Assembly: GCA_040217195.1 (NCBI GenBank)
Contig: JAVJNR010000006.1
Coordinates: 160,001-224,000, forward strand
Direction: 5' to 3'
DNA length: 64,000 nucleotides
DNA from: Leptospiraceae bacterium
GTDB lineage: Bacteria > Spirochaetota > Leptospiria > Leptospirales > Leptonemataceae
The notes beneath the pieces were generated by a model that was not told where the DNA came from, did no database searches, and worked only from the letters and a program-made list of their open reading frames with translations. Of the stretch, positions 49,271 to 58,915 are shown piece after piece (position 1 is the first letter of the stretch; every line of letters begins with the position of its first letter). A program made the position numbers and the translations under genes.

Positions 49271-49286
49271 GCCCACCAACTATCAT

Positions 49287-50705
49287 TTATTCTTCTATCA
49301 AGAGCGCAGATTCATCGGAGACGTAAAAGAAGTAAGGCCGTGAATACAGGTTCCATTCTCGGTACTGAATGAAGTTTCCATCAGAGGTATGATTCAAAAT
49401 CGTACCGTTCTGGATCTGATGAGAACGTTTATTCATTGTAGCGATTGCTTCTTTCACCGATCGCCTGTATACATCTGCCTTTTGATGGGCGAGCCGGCTC
49501 AATCGAGCCGGTTCTTTTTCGGCCGAGTCATCCTGTAATAATTCAGGATTGGCTTCCAGGGCTTTTAATTTTGAAAGGGCTTCTTCGTAGTCCTTTCGGG
49601 CATCACGATAAAGCGGATCTTCCAGGCATTCCTTACATAGAGGAGCCACATAAGGATCGATCAGAGTCATGCGAACCTGCAGGGTAACCGGGAACTCGGA
49701 GTCCGGTCTTCGATCCAGCTCAATGGATTGCGGGATGGCATCCCGGTCTGTGTAGTTGCGAATATGGGCTACGATTCTGGTCTTTGGTTCCGAATCTCCT
49801 TCCTCTTCCACGGTTACGGATGTGGCATTGGGAAGTATTAAGAATCGTCGAGCTTTTCGCTGTTCCGTTATTTTTTCGAATCGAAAGCTGCTAAAATTTA
49901 AGGGCGCTCGTCCCAGGATCTCTCCTTTATGATCGCGAATGAGCACTTCATGCTCCAGGATGCGGCCTTCTCTGATAGCCTGGGGAACGTTTAGACCAGC
50001 GCGGGAATAGTCAACTTCGACCAGAGCCACCGGCTTTCCCTGATCATCCGTATGGATTCTTAATCGTCCCTGATTATCCGGATCCACCGGACCGACAATG
50101 ACTCGATTCAAATCTATTATGGAAGCCTGCGGACGATCACGAAGAATAAGCTCTTCACTGGATTCTCCTTCGCCGTAGCGAAGCGAATGAGCTCGAGAAA
50201 GGTCTCTTTCTTTCACTCCGCGGGGCAACGGATCCAGATTGGCGATAAAAGGGGCAGAAAGAGGATCGGCCAGCGGACTGCTCACCGGCCTTCGGACGTT
50301 TTCCGGTTCCTTCGCCTCTGGTTCCAGATTTTCCGGTTCTGGCTGAGTTTCGGGCTCCAATTCCTGCTCGGTGAAATCCTTTTCTTTGCGAATTACTATG
50401 GGATCTTTTTTCTCCGGTCTGATGCGCTCTTTGACCGGCTTTTCATCCGGGCGTCGAGGATCTGGCTTCAATTCTTCCACCGGTCTATCACCATAAATAA
50501 CCCGGATTACCTGACTTTTGCTTATTCGAACCGCAGGGCCTTTCTCTTTCTGGACGCGAAGCATATACGGATTTTGATCGTATACCACTCCTTCAATGAT
50601 GACACCGTTTTTCAGGATTACAGTGTCTGCCAGAATGGAAGGACCGAGCAGTAGAATTGTGGCGGCCAGAAGGAGCCGCCAATGTTTGAATTTCGCAATG
50701 TTCAT
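49287..50705 (-). CDS. exported hypothetical protein, paralogue of the neighbouring gene
   Basis: Signal peptide, ADTVILKNG...G N-terminal motif, Pro/Glu linker, shared C-terminal domain. Confidence 0.8.
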   Translation of the reverse strand: MNIAKFKHWRLLLAATILLLGPSILADTVILKNGVIIEGVVYDQNPYMLRVQKEKGPAVRISKSQVIRVIYGDRPVEELKPDPRRPDEKPVKERIRPEKKDPIVIRKEKDFTEQELEPETQPEPENLEPEAKEPENVRRPVSSPLADPLSAPFIANLDPLPRGVKERDLSRAHSLRYGEGESSEELILRDRPQASIIDLNRVIVGPVDPDNQGRLRIHTDDQGKPVALVEVDYSRAGLNVPQAIREGRILEHEVLIRDHKGEILGRAPLNFSSFRFEKITEQRKARRFLILPNATSVTVEEEGDSEPKTRIVAHIRNYTDRDAIPQSIELDRRPDSEFPVTLQVRMTLIDPYVAPLCKECLEDPLYRDARKDYEEALSKLKALEANPELLQDDSAEKEPARLSRLAHQKADVYRRSVKEAIATMNKRSHQIQNGTILNHTSDGNFIQYREWNLYSRPYFFYVSDESALLIEE

Positions 50706-50717
50706 GCGTAACGAGAA

Positions 50718-51833
50718 TTAATTGGACAGTGTATTTTCAGAATCGTTGCCATCCGCTGATTCCATAGACTCTTCACCATCGTTGGTGGCCGAATCAATAT
50801 AGTTATCATTCTTACCCTGAGTGGAGGGCATTGGACGGGAAGTTTCATTTTTGATCTGGAAATACCTGGGCACAGTTAGTAGTTTCCATTCGCGGTAATG
50901 CAGATAATCTCCGCTTCTGGCGGTATGATTTACGTAAGGATCATTGTCCTGGTTTGTTGTAGGCCTTTTGTTTAGCTTCTTTATCTCTCTTTTGATTCCT
51001 TCTTTGTAGTCTTCAACAGGCTTTTTCAGGCGAAAGACCAGAGCATCGGATTCCAGGGCCACGACCTCGGCTTCGTTTCCTTCGCCGCTTCGTTGCAGGC
51101 TCTTGTTTACCCGTTCCTCGATTTCGGACATGGTCTCCTCATTGTCCTTTTTCACTGCCTTGAAAGCCACACGCTCAACGGAAGGACAGTCGTTCTGGCC
51201 GGACTGGCATAACTCGGAGTAAAAAGGCTGAATATACACAAGTTCAAGGTAAATAGAAACAGTGGTCCCACTTTCGGGGCTGCGGCTAAGTTCAACGTAC
51301 TGCGGTACACGGGCTCCGTCTTCGTAGACTTTCAGCCGAGCTCTTCGCTCCAGTGGCTGCGGCTCAGGTCGATCTGACTTATCGTATTCCACTTCAGAAC
51401 CTGAATCGGTAAAAAGCAGTTTCTGGGACTGAACGGATGAAGTAATCTCCTCTACTTCGAAAGCGATGAAGTTGATGGGAGCCCGGCCGATTTCCCGTCC
51501 CTGAGAGTCCATGATTACAATGTTGTGTTCCAGGATCTTGCCATTCTTGATCTCCTGGATTACGTTCAGGCCGGAGTTTTTGTAGTCCAGTTCCAGAAGT
51601 GCCACCGGGTTTCCTTCGCTATTCTTACGAATTTCGATGATCTGGCTGTTTTTGCTGGCTGCGCCCAGAGGTTGCATACCAATATTGTTTAAATTGATTT
51701 CGGAACTGTAGTCCGGGTAGTCTTTGATTACCTCTGGACCTTTGGTTTGGCAGTTCAGGAGGGGAGTTCCTGCTGCAATAAGCACGAATAGTGCGAAAAA
51801 CTGAGTATTTCTCATGGGGGTACCTGCTTTCAC
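50718..51833 (-). CDS. hypothetical lipoprotein, paralogue of the neighbouring gene
   Basis: Lipobox LLNC; domain shared with 49287-50705. Confidence 0.8.
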   Translation of the reverse strand: MKAGTPMRNTQFFALFVLIAAGTPLLNCQTKGPEVIKDYPDYSSEINLNNIGMQPLGAASKNSQIIEIRKNSEGNPVALLELDYKNSGLNVIQEIKNGKILEHNIVIMDSQGREIGRAPINFIAFEVEEITSSVQSQKLLFTDSGSEVEYDKSDRPEPQPLERRARLKVYEDGARVPQYVELSRSPESGTTVSIYLELVYIQPFYSELCQSGQNDCPSVERVAFKAVKKDNEETMSEIEERVNKSLQRSGEGNEAEVVALESDALVFRLKKPVEDYKEGIKREIKKLNKRPTTNQDNDPYVNHTARSGDYLHYREWKLLTVPRYFQIKNETSRPMPSTQGKNDNYIDSATNDGEESMESADGNDSENTLSN

Positions 51834-52020
51834 TCGAACGGCGAGATGGGATTAAGACGAGAGGAATGGCCCTTCCCTCTGGGGGTCAAGGAAAATCGCA
51901 TGGATTTTTACGGCGATTCGCCTTCCCGGAACGATTTCGCAATCATTTAGAATGCTACCGATGGATGAAATGTTTCGAGCTTTTTCCAGATTCTGTATTT
52001 GCGGAATCTGATCGTGGAAT

Positions 52021-52917
52021 TCAATTCGCTCGAAAGAATTCAATCAAATGTTTGGCCAGAATTTCTCCCTGGTCTTCCTGCAAGAAATGACCTGCATTTT
52101 CGATAGTGACGTGCTTCTGGCCTTTGCATCCTGGAATCTTTCTGCGAAAAATGGCATCTGCACCTTTCGTAATTGGATCTGAATCGCTGAATGTGCACAG
52201 GAATGGCTTTTTCCATTTCTGAAGCACCTCCCATGCCTTCCGATTCGCCGGCACTGCCGGATCTTCCGGGTCCACCGGTACCAGAGCTGGAAAGATTCTG
52301 GCTCCTGCCTTGTAGGTCTCATCGGGATAGGGGGCTTCGTAACCTTTTAGGATTTCTGATTCCGGTTTAGTGTAGCATCCATTGCCAATGATTCGTCCCA
52401 CCGGTAGTTTCTTCACCTTTTGCGAAAAATCTCTCCATTGAAAGAAGGCTTCTCCAGGTTTATGCTCACCGGTGGGCAGGAAGGTATTTCCAGCGGCGAT
52501 TCGTGAAAACCGTTCCTCCAGTTCTGCGGCCATGCGAAGCCCTAAAAGCCCGCCCCAGTCCTGGCAAAACAAATTGATTTCCTTGAGTTCCAATCCCTGG
52601 ACTAGTGTCTTCAACCAGTCCATGTGATTCTGATACGAATAATCAGACTGTTCTACCGGCTTATCCGATTTCCCGAAACCGATGAGGTCCGGCGCCACAA
52701 CCCGAAATCCTGCATCAATTAGGGGAGGTATCATTTTTCGATATAGATAGGACCAGCTTGGCTCCCCATGTAGCAGAAGTACCACCGCACCATCCGCCGG
52801 GCCTTCATCAACGTAATGCATACGCATTCCTGAAGAATCCACTTCGTAATAATTGGCCTTAAACGGATAGCCCACAAGTTCTTCAAAGCATTCATCGGGT
52901 GTGCGCAGGTATTCCAT
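52021..52917 (-). CDS. haloalkane dehalogenase
   Basis: LRTPDECF, LHGEPSWSYLY, PDLIGFGKSDKP, QDWGG, GHFLQED. Confidence 0.92.
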   Translation of the reverse strand: MEYLRTPDECFEELVGYPFKANYYEVDSSGMRMHYVDEGPADGAVVLLLHGEPSWSYLYRKMIPPLIDAGFRVVAPDLIGFGKSDKPVEQSDYSYQNHMDWLKTLVQGLELKEINLFCQDWGGLLGLRMAAELEERFSRIAAGNTFLPTGEHKPGEAFFQWRDFSQKVKKLPVGRIIGNGCYTKPESEILKGYEAPYPDETYKAGARIFPALVPVDPEDPAVPANRKAWEVLQKWKKPFLCTFSDSDPITKGADAIFRRKIPGCKGQKHVTIENAGHFLQEDQGEILAKHLIEFFRAN

Positions 52918-53058
52918 ACCCGATAGTGGTCGCAAATCGTTGGATGGCAAGAAAAAGATGCCAGGTTATTTGAAAGGACGTAGATTTCGTTCAATCCCTG
53001 GTGCAATTGAAATCTTCATACGCATTGACAGTGAGGTGCCCTGCCATGGCCTGAGCTG

Positions 53059-54888
53059 ATGAACATCCTTTCGGCACAGAATCTGGCCAAAACCCATGGG
53101 GACCAATTGCTTTTTGAGCAGCTTACCCTGGGGCTAAATGCCGGCGAAAAGCTGGGTGTAATTGGCCGAAACGGTCAGGGAAAATCCACAATGGTTCGAA
53201 TCCTTGCTGGCCTGGATGAGCCGGATAAGGGTGAAGTTGTCCATAAGCGAGGACTGCGAATCGCCTATATGGAGCAGAATCCGGCTGCTCTGGATATCAG
53301 TATAGCCGATTACATCCGTCCAGACGGCCAGAGTATGCCTGTAGGTCGAGTGCGAGAGGTTCTTTCGCTGGTAGGTATTGAGTCGGAGGATAAGCTTCTA
53401 TCTCAACTTTCCGGGGGTGGATTGCGAAGGGCTTCATTGGCCCGAGCCTTGTTAAGCGAAGCAGATCTTTTAATCCTGGATGAACCTACCAATCACCTGG
53501 ACCTGGATGCCATACTATCACTGGAAGAACGTCTCATTCGATTTTCCGGGGCCCTGCTATTAATTACCCATGATCGCTATTTTCTGGATCGTATTGTCAG
53601 CTCCATACTGGAAGTGGACGAAGGTCGGGTTCACAGGTTCGAGGGCGGCTACTCCTCATACCTTGAAAAGAAAGCAGCCATGGAAGAACAGGCTCGCATC
53701 GCGGAGCACAAGGCTCGCAGGTTTCTTTCTACAGAGATAGAATGGCTTCGCCGTCAACCCAAGGCCAGGGGTACCAAGCAGCAGGCACGCATTGACCGGA
53801 TTCAAGGTGTTCAGCAAAGGGATAAGTATCGGGAAAAGAAGGATTTGAAGCTCGTTGGTAAGAGTTCGCGGCTGGGTAACAAGATTCTGGAAATACATGA
53901 TCTATCTGCTCGAATTGAAGACCGGACTCTGTTCTCTGATTTTTCTTATCGCTTTCAGGATGGTGACCGGGTGGGAATCCTGGGGCCCAACGGATGCGGA
54001 AAATCCACATTTCTGGATATTGTGGCTAATCGACGAAGCCCGGATCAGGGCAAAGTAGTGTATGGAGAAACACTTCGTATAGGCTACTTCGATCAGATGG
54101 CCCGGGACATGCCCAGAGAAATGAGAGTTGAGGAATTCTTTAAGCGAGAAGTGGGTCATCATGCCATTGGTAGTGGATTATCGCCCAAGGAATTGCTCGA
54201 AGCCTTCCTGTTTCATTCATCGGTACTTTATAGACCTCTGGGTAAGCTTTCTGGCGGCGAGAAGAGACGAGTATTGCTGGTGTCTATTTTGTTAAACTCA
54301 CCCAATTTTCTAATTCTGGATGAGCCCACCAATGACTTTGATATTCCCACCTTAACCGCTCTGGAAAGTTATCTGGATAGCTTTCCAGGGCCTGTGGTTA
54401 CAGTATCGCATGACAGATGGTTCCTGGATAGAGTAGCCGATCATCTTTTTCTGTTTCGTCCGGATGCATTGATTCAGAACTATGTTGGAAGTGCATCAGA
54501 TTTTCTGGTGGATAGAGATGATCCGGAATGGTTGGAGGAGAATGAATGGTCTGATTCGACGCAGGCCGCTGTAAGGTCTGCTGGTACTCATGCGAAAGTC
54601 AAAGAAACGGTAGAATCAAAAGCAGGTGTGGAATCGTCCAGTCCAGGTTCAAAGCCAGGCAGGAAGATGGGTAACAAGGAGCGAAAGGAGCTGGCTGAAA
54701 TGCCTGCTCGAATTGAGTCTCTGGAAAAGGAGGTTGCTGAGTTGGAAAATAAGCTATCTTCGGGAAAAGGGGATGGGGAGTTAACTGCTGAGTGGGGCGC
54801 ACGGCATGTGCAGGCCAATAAGGAGCTGGAAGCTTGTATGGAGCGATGGGTGGAATTGGAAGAACTACAGCGAAGTCATAAAGGGTAA
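53059..54888 (+). CDS. ABC-F family ATPase, Uup-like
   Basis: Two ABC domains (GRNGQGKS, LSGG, DEPTN, HDR), PKARGTK linker, C-terminal coiled coil. Confidence 0.93.
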   Translation: MNILSAQNLAKTHGDQLLFEQLTLGLNAGEKLGVIGRNGQGKSTMVRILAGLDEPDKGEVVHKRGLRIAYMEQNPAALDISIADYIRPDGQSMPVGRVREVLSLVGIESEDKLLSQLSGGGLRRASLARALLSEADLLILDEPTNHLDLDAILSLEERLIRFSGALLLITHDRYFLDRIVSSILEVDEGRVHRFEGGYSSYLEKKAAMEEQARIAEHKARRFLSTEIEWLRRQPKARGTKQQARIDRIQGVQQRDKYREKKDLKLVGKSSRLGNKILEIHDLSARIEDRTLFSDFSYRFQDGDRVGILGPNGCGKSTFLDIVANRRSPDQGKVVYGETLRIGYFDQMARDMPREMRVEEFFKREVGHHAIGSGLSPKELLEAFLFHSSVLYRPLGKLSGGEKRRVLLVSILLNSPNFLILDEPTNDFDIPTLTALESYLDSFPGPVVTVSHDRWFLDRVADHLFLFRPDALIQNYVGSASDFLVDRDDPEWLEENEWSDSTQAAVRSAGTHAKVKETVESKAGVESSSPGSKPGRKMGNKERKELAEMPARIESLEKEVAELENKLSSGKGDGELTAEWGARHVQANKELEACMERWVELEELQRSHKG

Positions 54889-54931
54889 GGCAGGTTAATT
54901 AACCATTCGCAATCGACGAAGGATGACCGGT

Positions 54932-57196
54932 CTAACGAAGGTAATTGTCTAACTTTGAATGCAATTCGTCCAGGTTCAGCGGTTTTGTTAGATAATCGTC
55001 AAATCCTGCCTCGATGGCATCAGATACCTCGGACTCCATGGCATTTGCCGAAATACAGATTGCAGGTTTATCCCTGTATTCAGGCCAGGTTCTCAGCTCT
55101 CTAATTACATCGAATCCATGCCCATCTGGAAGTCTCTGATCGATTAGTAGCAGATCGATTTGTTCCTTTTTGGCTTTCTCCAATCCCTGTTCTACCGTCG
55201 TGGCCTTATGTAAGACAATGCCCGGAAGATCCAGAAGCACATGTTCCATAAGCCGCATGTTCAAGGGATTATCTTCAATGTAGAGCAGGCTACCGTGAAC
55301 CGCATCCTTTCGCGAATTCTTAAACACGTCCCTGCCAATGGGAGTCTGGGGTAAAGCGGCAGCTGAGTTTGCCACCGGAAACTCCAGGTAGAATGTGCTT
55401 CCTTCACCTGGTACAGAATTGAAATACAGATCACCGCCCATCAATCGCAATAGATTTCTGGTTAATACCAGTCCAATACCCGTTCCTTCTATCTCGGTTG
55501 CTTCCATCCCAAGCCTTTCGAATGGGCGAAACAGTTGCGATTGTTTCTCTCTGGGGATTCCGAAACCTGTATCCGTTACAGCAATTCGGACCCGGTCAGA
55601 AACTTCCTGTACTGCAACAATAACTTTGCCCTGGTCCCGATTATACTTGATGGAATTGCTCAGAACATTTAGCAGGGATTGCTGACTTCGCAATGGATCT
55701 GCCTTGAGGAGGATCGTATGGTCTGGCATTTGAAATTTCAATGTTACGGATTTAGGGTTTTCCAGGGATCCAGACAACTGAATGCATTTCTGAATCAAAT
55801 CCGTTGCGGAGACATGACCTATACTAACTTCCAGATCCCTGGATTCCACCCGGGACAGATCCAGCACATCCTCCAGCAAACCCCGCATGTAATCACCTGC
55901 TTTCAGAATCTCATCTAGCTCCACTCCTCGCCGGGGATCGGGGAGCTTCTTTTTTAGTAATTGGGCGAAGCCAAGAATGGCATTCATGGGTGTTCGCAGT
56001 TCATGACTTAGATTTGAAATGAATTCGGATTTCGCTTTGTTCCGGTCCAGGGCCTGCCGGTGCTCCTCTTCCTGCTTCCGTTCAATCTCTTTTCGAGCGG
56101 TAATGTCCTGGAACGTACCAAATACGCGCAAGCATCGATTGTCCGCCCACTCCGCTTCACCCCTGGATTCCACCCAGATGAATCGGCCGGTCCAGGTTCT
56201 GAGGGGCAGCTCCATTCGAAAACTTTCCTTCGCTTCCATTGCTCGGTACAGAGCGTTCTCAACCTGCTTTCGTCCCTCTCTAGTTGCATAGAATGAAATT
56301 CCATCCTTTACGTTAGGTATGTAGTTTTCCGGTACTTCATGTATTTGTTTAGTGACCTCGGACCAGAAAAGCTCCCCGGTATCCATGTTGATTTCCCATC
56401 CACCAACTCCGGCTACCTCGCTAGTTCTTTGTAGAAAGGTCTCCATCTTCAGAAGCTGTAATTCATTTAGTTTCTGTTTCGTAATATCCTGTACAATGCC
56501 TGTGGATCTGTAAGGTTTTCCGTATTCATCAAAAAATGTACGGCATTTCTCCTTTACCCATTTGATTCTTCCGTCAGGGAAAAGTAATCGATGCTCAATT
56601 TCGTAAGGCTTCTTTGTGCGAAGAGAATCCCGGTATGCATGGTCCACCCGATCTCGATCCTCTGGATGGATCGTATCCAGAAATGCTTCATAGGATGCAT
56701 CGAAGCGATCCGGATCAACTTCGAACATCTCAAAAATCCCGGATGACCAGTGTAGGTCATTGGCCAGCAAATCTAATTCCCATCGTCCAATTAACGCTAT
56801 ACTTTGTGCTTCTGCCAGCTCCTGGTTTTCTCGCATGGTTTTTCGAAGCTGGGTTTCTCGAAGGGTAATATCCTGGATGCTTCCCTGCAATGTACCGTCG
56901 TAGAGGGAGCCTATTTGCTGCACAATCCTCTGGGAACCATTCGGACCAGGTATGCGATAGTGAACATCTTGAGCAGATGTCTTCTGAACCTGAGTTAATG
57001 AGGTCGTGAATCGGGGACGGTCCTCTGGATGAATAAAGTCTAGAAAATCCGTAACGCTGAGTTCGCGAAGGTCGGGCTGACCAAGTATCTTTGCAGCCCC
57101 TGCATTTATTCGAAACTTATTCTCATCGATTGTCAGAGTCCAGTAACCAACTGGTTCGCCTGAACTAATGTACAATGGAGAATTCATAGCCGTCAC
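54932..57196 (-). CDS. multi-PAS hybrid histidine kinase with receiver domain
   Basis: IHPED PAS repeats, SHELRTPMN, NSIKYN, DTGFG, GTGIGL, receiver ending in KP. Confidence 0.95.
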   Translation of the reverse strand: MTAMNSPLYISSGEPVGYWTLTIDENKFRINAGAAKILGQPDLRELSVTDFLDFIHPEDRPRFTTSLTQVQKTSAQDVHYRIPGPNGSQRIVQQIGSLYDGTLQGSIQDITLRETQLRKTMRENQELAEAQSIALIGRWELDLLANDLHWSSGIFEMFEVDPDRFDASYEAFLDTIHPEDRDRVDHAYRDSLRTKKPYEIEHRLLFPDGRIKWVKEKCRTFFDEYGKPYRSTGIVQDITKQKLNELQLLKMETFLQRTSEVAGVGGWEINMDTGELFWSEVTKQIHEVPENYIPNVKDGISFYATREGRKQVENALYRAMEAKESFRMELPLRTWTGRFIWVESRGEAEWADNRCLRVFGTFQDITARKEIERKQEEEHRQALDRNKAKSEFISNLSHELRTPMNAILGFAQLLKKKLPDPRRGVELDEILKAGDYMRGLLEDVLDLSRVESRDLEVSIGHVSATDLIQKCIQLSGSLENPKSVTLKFQMPDHTILLKADPLRSQQSLLNVLSNSIKYNRDQGKVIVAVQEVSDRVRIAVTDTGFGIPREKQSQLFRPFERLGMEATEIEGTGIGLVLTRNLLRLMGGDLYFNSVPGEGSTFYLEFPVANSAAALPQTPIGRDVFKNSRKDAVHGSLLYIEDNPLNMRLMEHVLLDLPGIVLHKATTVEQGLEKAKKEQIDLLLIDQRLPDGHGFDVIRELRTWPEYRDKPAICISANAMESEVSDAIEAGFDDYLTKPLNLDELHSKLDNYLR

Positions 57197-57398
57197 TCAA
57201 TATGACGTTGGTAATGTGAGATCTGTCAGCAACAATATGATGACCGGTACCGAAATACAGTGCATTTTTTGCCTGATTGTCACCGGATTCGGGCAATCTG
57301 CAAACTGGAGTTAGGCGCTAATCCGAGAACGTAAACAGAGCCTAACTTTCGCTATTATGGATCCTTGTCCATGGGCTCTGAAAGTTAGTACTGTGAGG

Positions 57399-57791
57399 CT
57401 ATCGTTGGCTTTCCAGGATCTTTCTGGCTTCTTTGAGCAATTCGGTGGCCACTGGAACTCGAATCATCCCATCTTTGTCTGGAGTCATGGATTCCGGAGC
57501 GTAAACTTCCTCCAGCGAATCGTCCTTCAGTTTATCGGGTCCAATCCATTGAGCGAAAGCACCCACCATCCGTCTGTGAAGATCATCGATCTTAATATGC
57601 GCTCCGGCCTTCTTGTAATAGCCGTAGGCCATTAAGGGGAGCCTCTTTTCATACATATAGAAATCGCCAATTCGAATCAGGCCCTCCTTGTGGTCTGCTT
57701 TGGTGTAGAATTCCCGGGCCCTGTGAAAGTCTTCCTCTTCAAAGGCAGCATCCCCACGGCGGATGAGTTCTTCTCTGATCCTGGCGTCCAT
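57399..57791 (-). CDS. hypothetical helical (TPR-like) protein
   Basis: 130-aa ORF, LIRRGDAAF...AYGYYKKAG. Confidence 0.7.
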   Translation of the reverse strand: MDARIREELIRRGDAAFEEEDFHRAREFYTKADHKEGLIRIGDFYMYEKRLPLMAYGYYKKAGAHIKIDDLHRRMVGAFAQWIGPDKLKDDSLEEVYAPESMTPDKDGMIRVPVATELLKEARKILESQR

Positions 57792-57953
57792 TATTACTTA
57801 TTACGGCAGTTTCTAGAAGAAGGGCAAGAGGAAAATGGGCCGAATAACCCGGACTTTGCGCGCCGGTTGGACCGGATTCTGCCCGATCATGGGCTTTCAT
57901 TGCAGGCCAGGATTGAGTGGGCTGCCCCTGGAAGATCGGCCGAATTGAAAATT

Positions 57954-58463
57954 CTATTCTGAATCAAAGAGATGCCAGTGTTCCAGATAGATTCTCGCTG
58001 CAAAATCTTCATCGGTCATTCCGGTAGCATCATGGGCCAGAAAGCTTACAAACCGGGCACATGCAGAAAGCTGCTGCGGATTAAACAGGGCGAACAGTTC
58101 TTCCTTGTGTTTTTTCATCGCCTGATCATCAATATAAGGATCCAGGGCATACAGGGTATTGTCAAGCTTCACCTTGTTCGGATCCTGGTAGTTCTTCAGA
58201 TACCAGACCATAAAAGCCGGTAGATAGAATCGAAACCCTACCGGGTCGAGATAGCTCAGGGCGTATTGGCAATTCTCTAAATGTTGCTCGGGCACTTCCT
58301 GCCATGGACCTCTAAAATCTTTCTTTCGGTGCAGTTCAGCGCCAGCAAAATCATAGTTATCCTGGGCTTCTGCTACATGGAGGGTGATTTCATCTGGTTG
58401 CGGTACGCCGGCAAAAGCATTGCTGATCGTTTCAATGACAGATTGCGCATTGGATGTATTCAT
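57954..58463 (-). CDS. DUF6714-like hypothetical protein
   Basis: AF.GVP, WQEVP, LSYLDPVGFRFYLPAFM. Confidence 0.7.
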   Translation of the reverse strand: MNTSNAQSVIETISNAFAGVPQPDEITLHVAEAQDNYDFAGAELHRKKDFRGPWQEVPEQHLENCQYALSYLDPVGFRFYLPAFMVWYLKNYQDPNKVKLDNTLYALDPYIDDQAMKKHKEELFALFNPQQLSACARFVSFLAHDATGMTDEDFAARIYLEHWHLFDSE

Positions 58464-58564
58464 TGTTATTCGAATCTGATTTGCACAGAACAGTAAGACT
58501 ATTCAATATTGGCCCCCAGACGCTGGAGCCGGTGCAATAATCTTCTAGCAATGCGAATTCCGGA

Positions 58565-58915
58565 CTAAGCTGTAGCCGGAGTATTGATGGTGCAGCGACC
58601 CTGAAACACAGTGCCGTCTTCTACAATAAGACTGGGAGTTACTATATCTCCAAAGAGACGACCTGTGGAAAGTAAGACGACTCTGGTTTTGGCCTGAATG
58701 GAGCCTCGAATCTCTCCGCCCACTACAACAATGCCTGCGCGAATATCCGTGTCCACAAGACCACTCTGGCCTACCAGAACCTTACCATCCGTAACAATTA
58801 ATCCCTTAAAATAACCGTCAATTCGGATGAGGTCTTTGACTTTGAATTCTCCTCGGAACTCGGAGCCTTCGCCAATCAGGGAGTTAACGATTAACGATTC
58901 GTTGGATTCAGCCAT
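58565..58915 (-). CDS. bactofilin (polymer-forming cytoskeletal protein)
   Basis: SLIGEG, IRIDG, GDIVTPSLIVEDGTVFQG. Confidence 0.93.
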   Translation of the reverse strand: MAESNESLIVNSLIGEGSEFRGEFKVKDLIRIDGYFKGLIVTDGKVLVGQSGLVDTDIRAGIVVVGGEIRGSIQAKTRVVLLSTGRLFGDIVTPSLIVEDGTVFQGRCTINTPATA

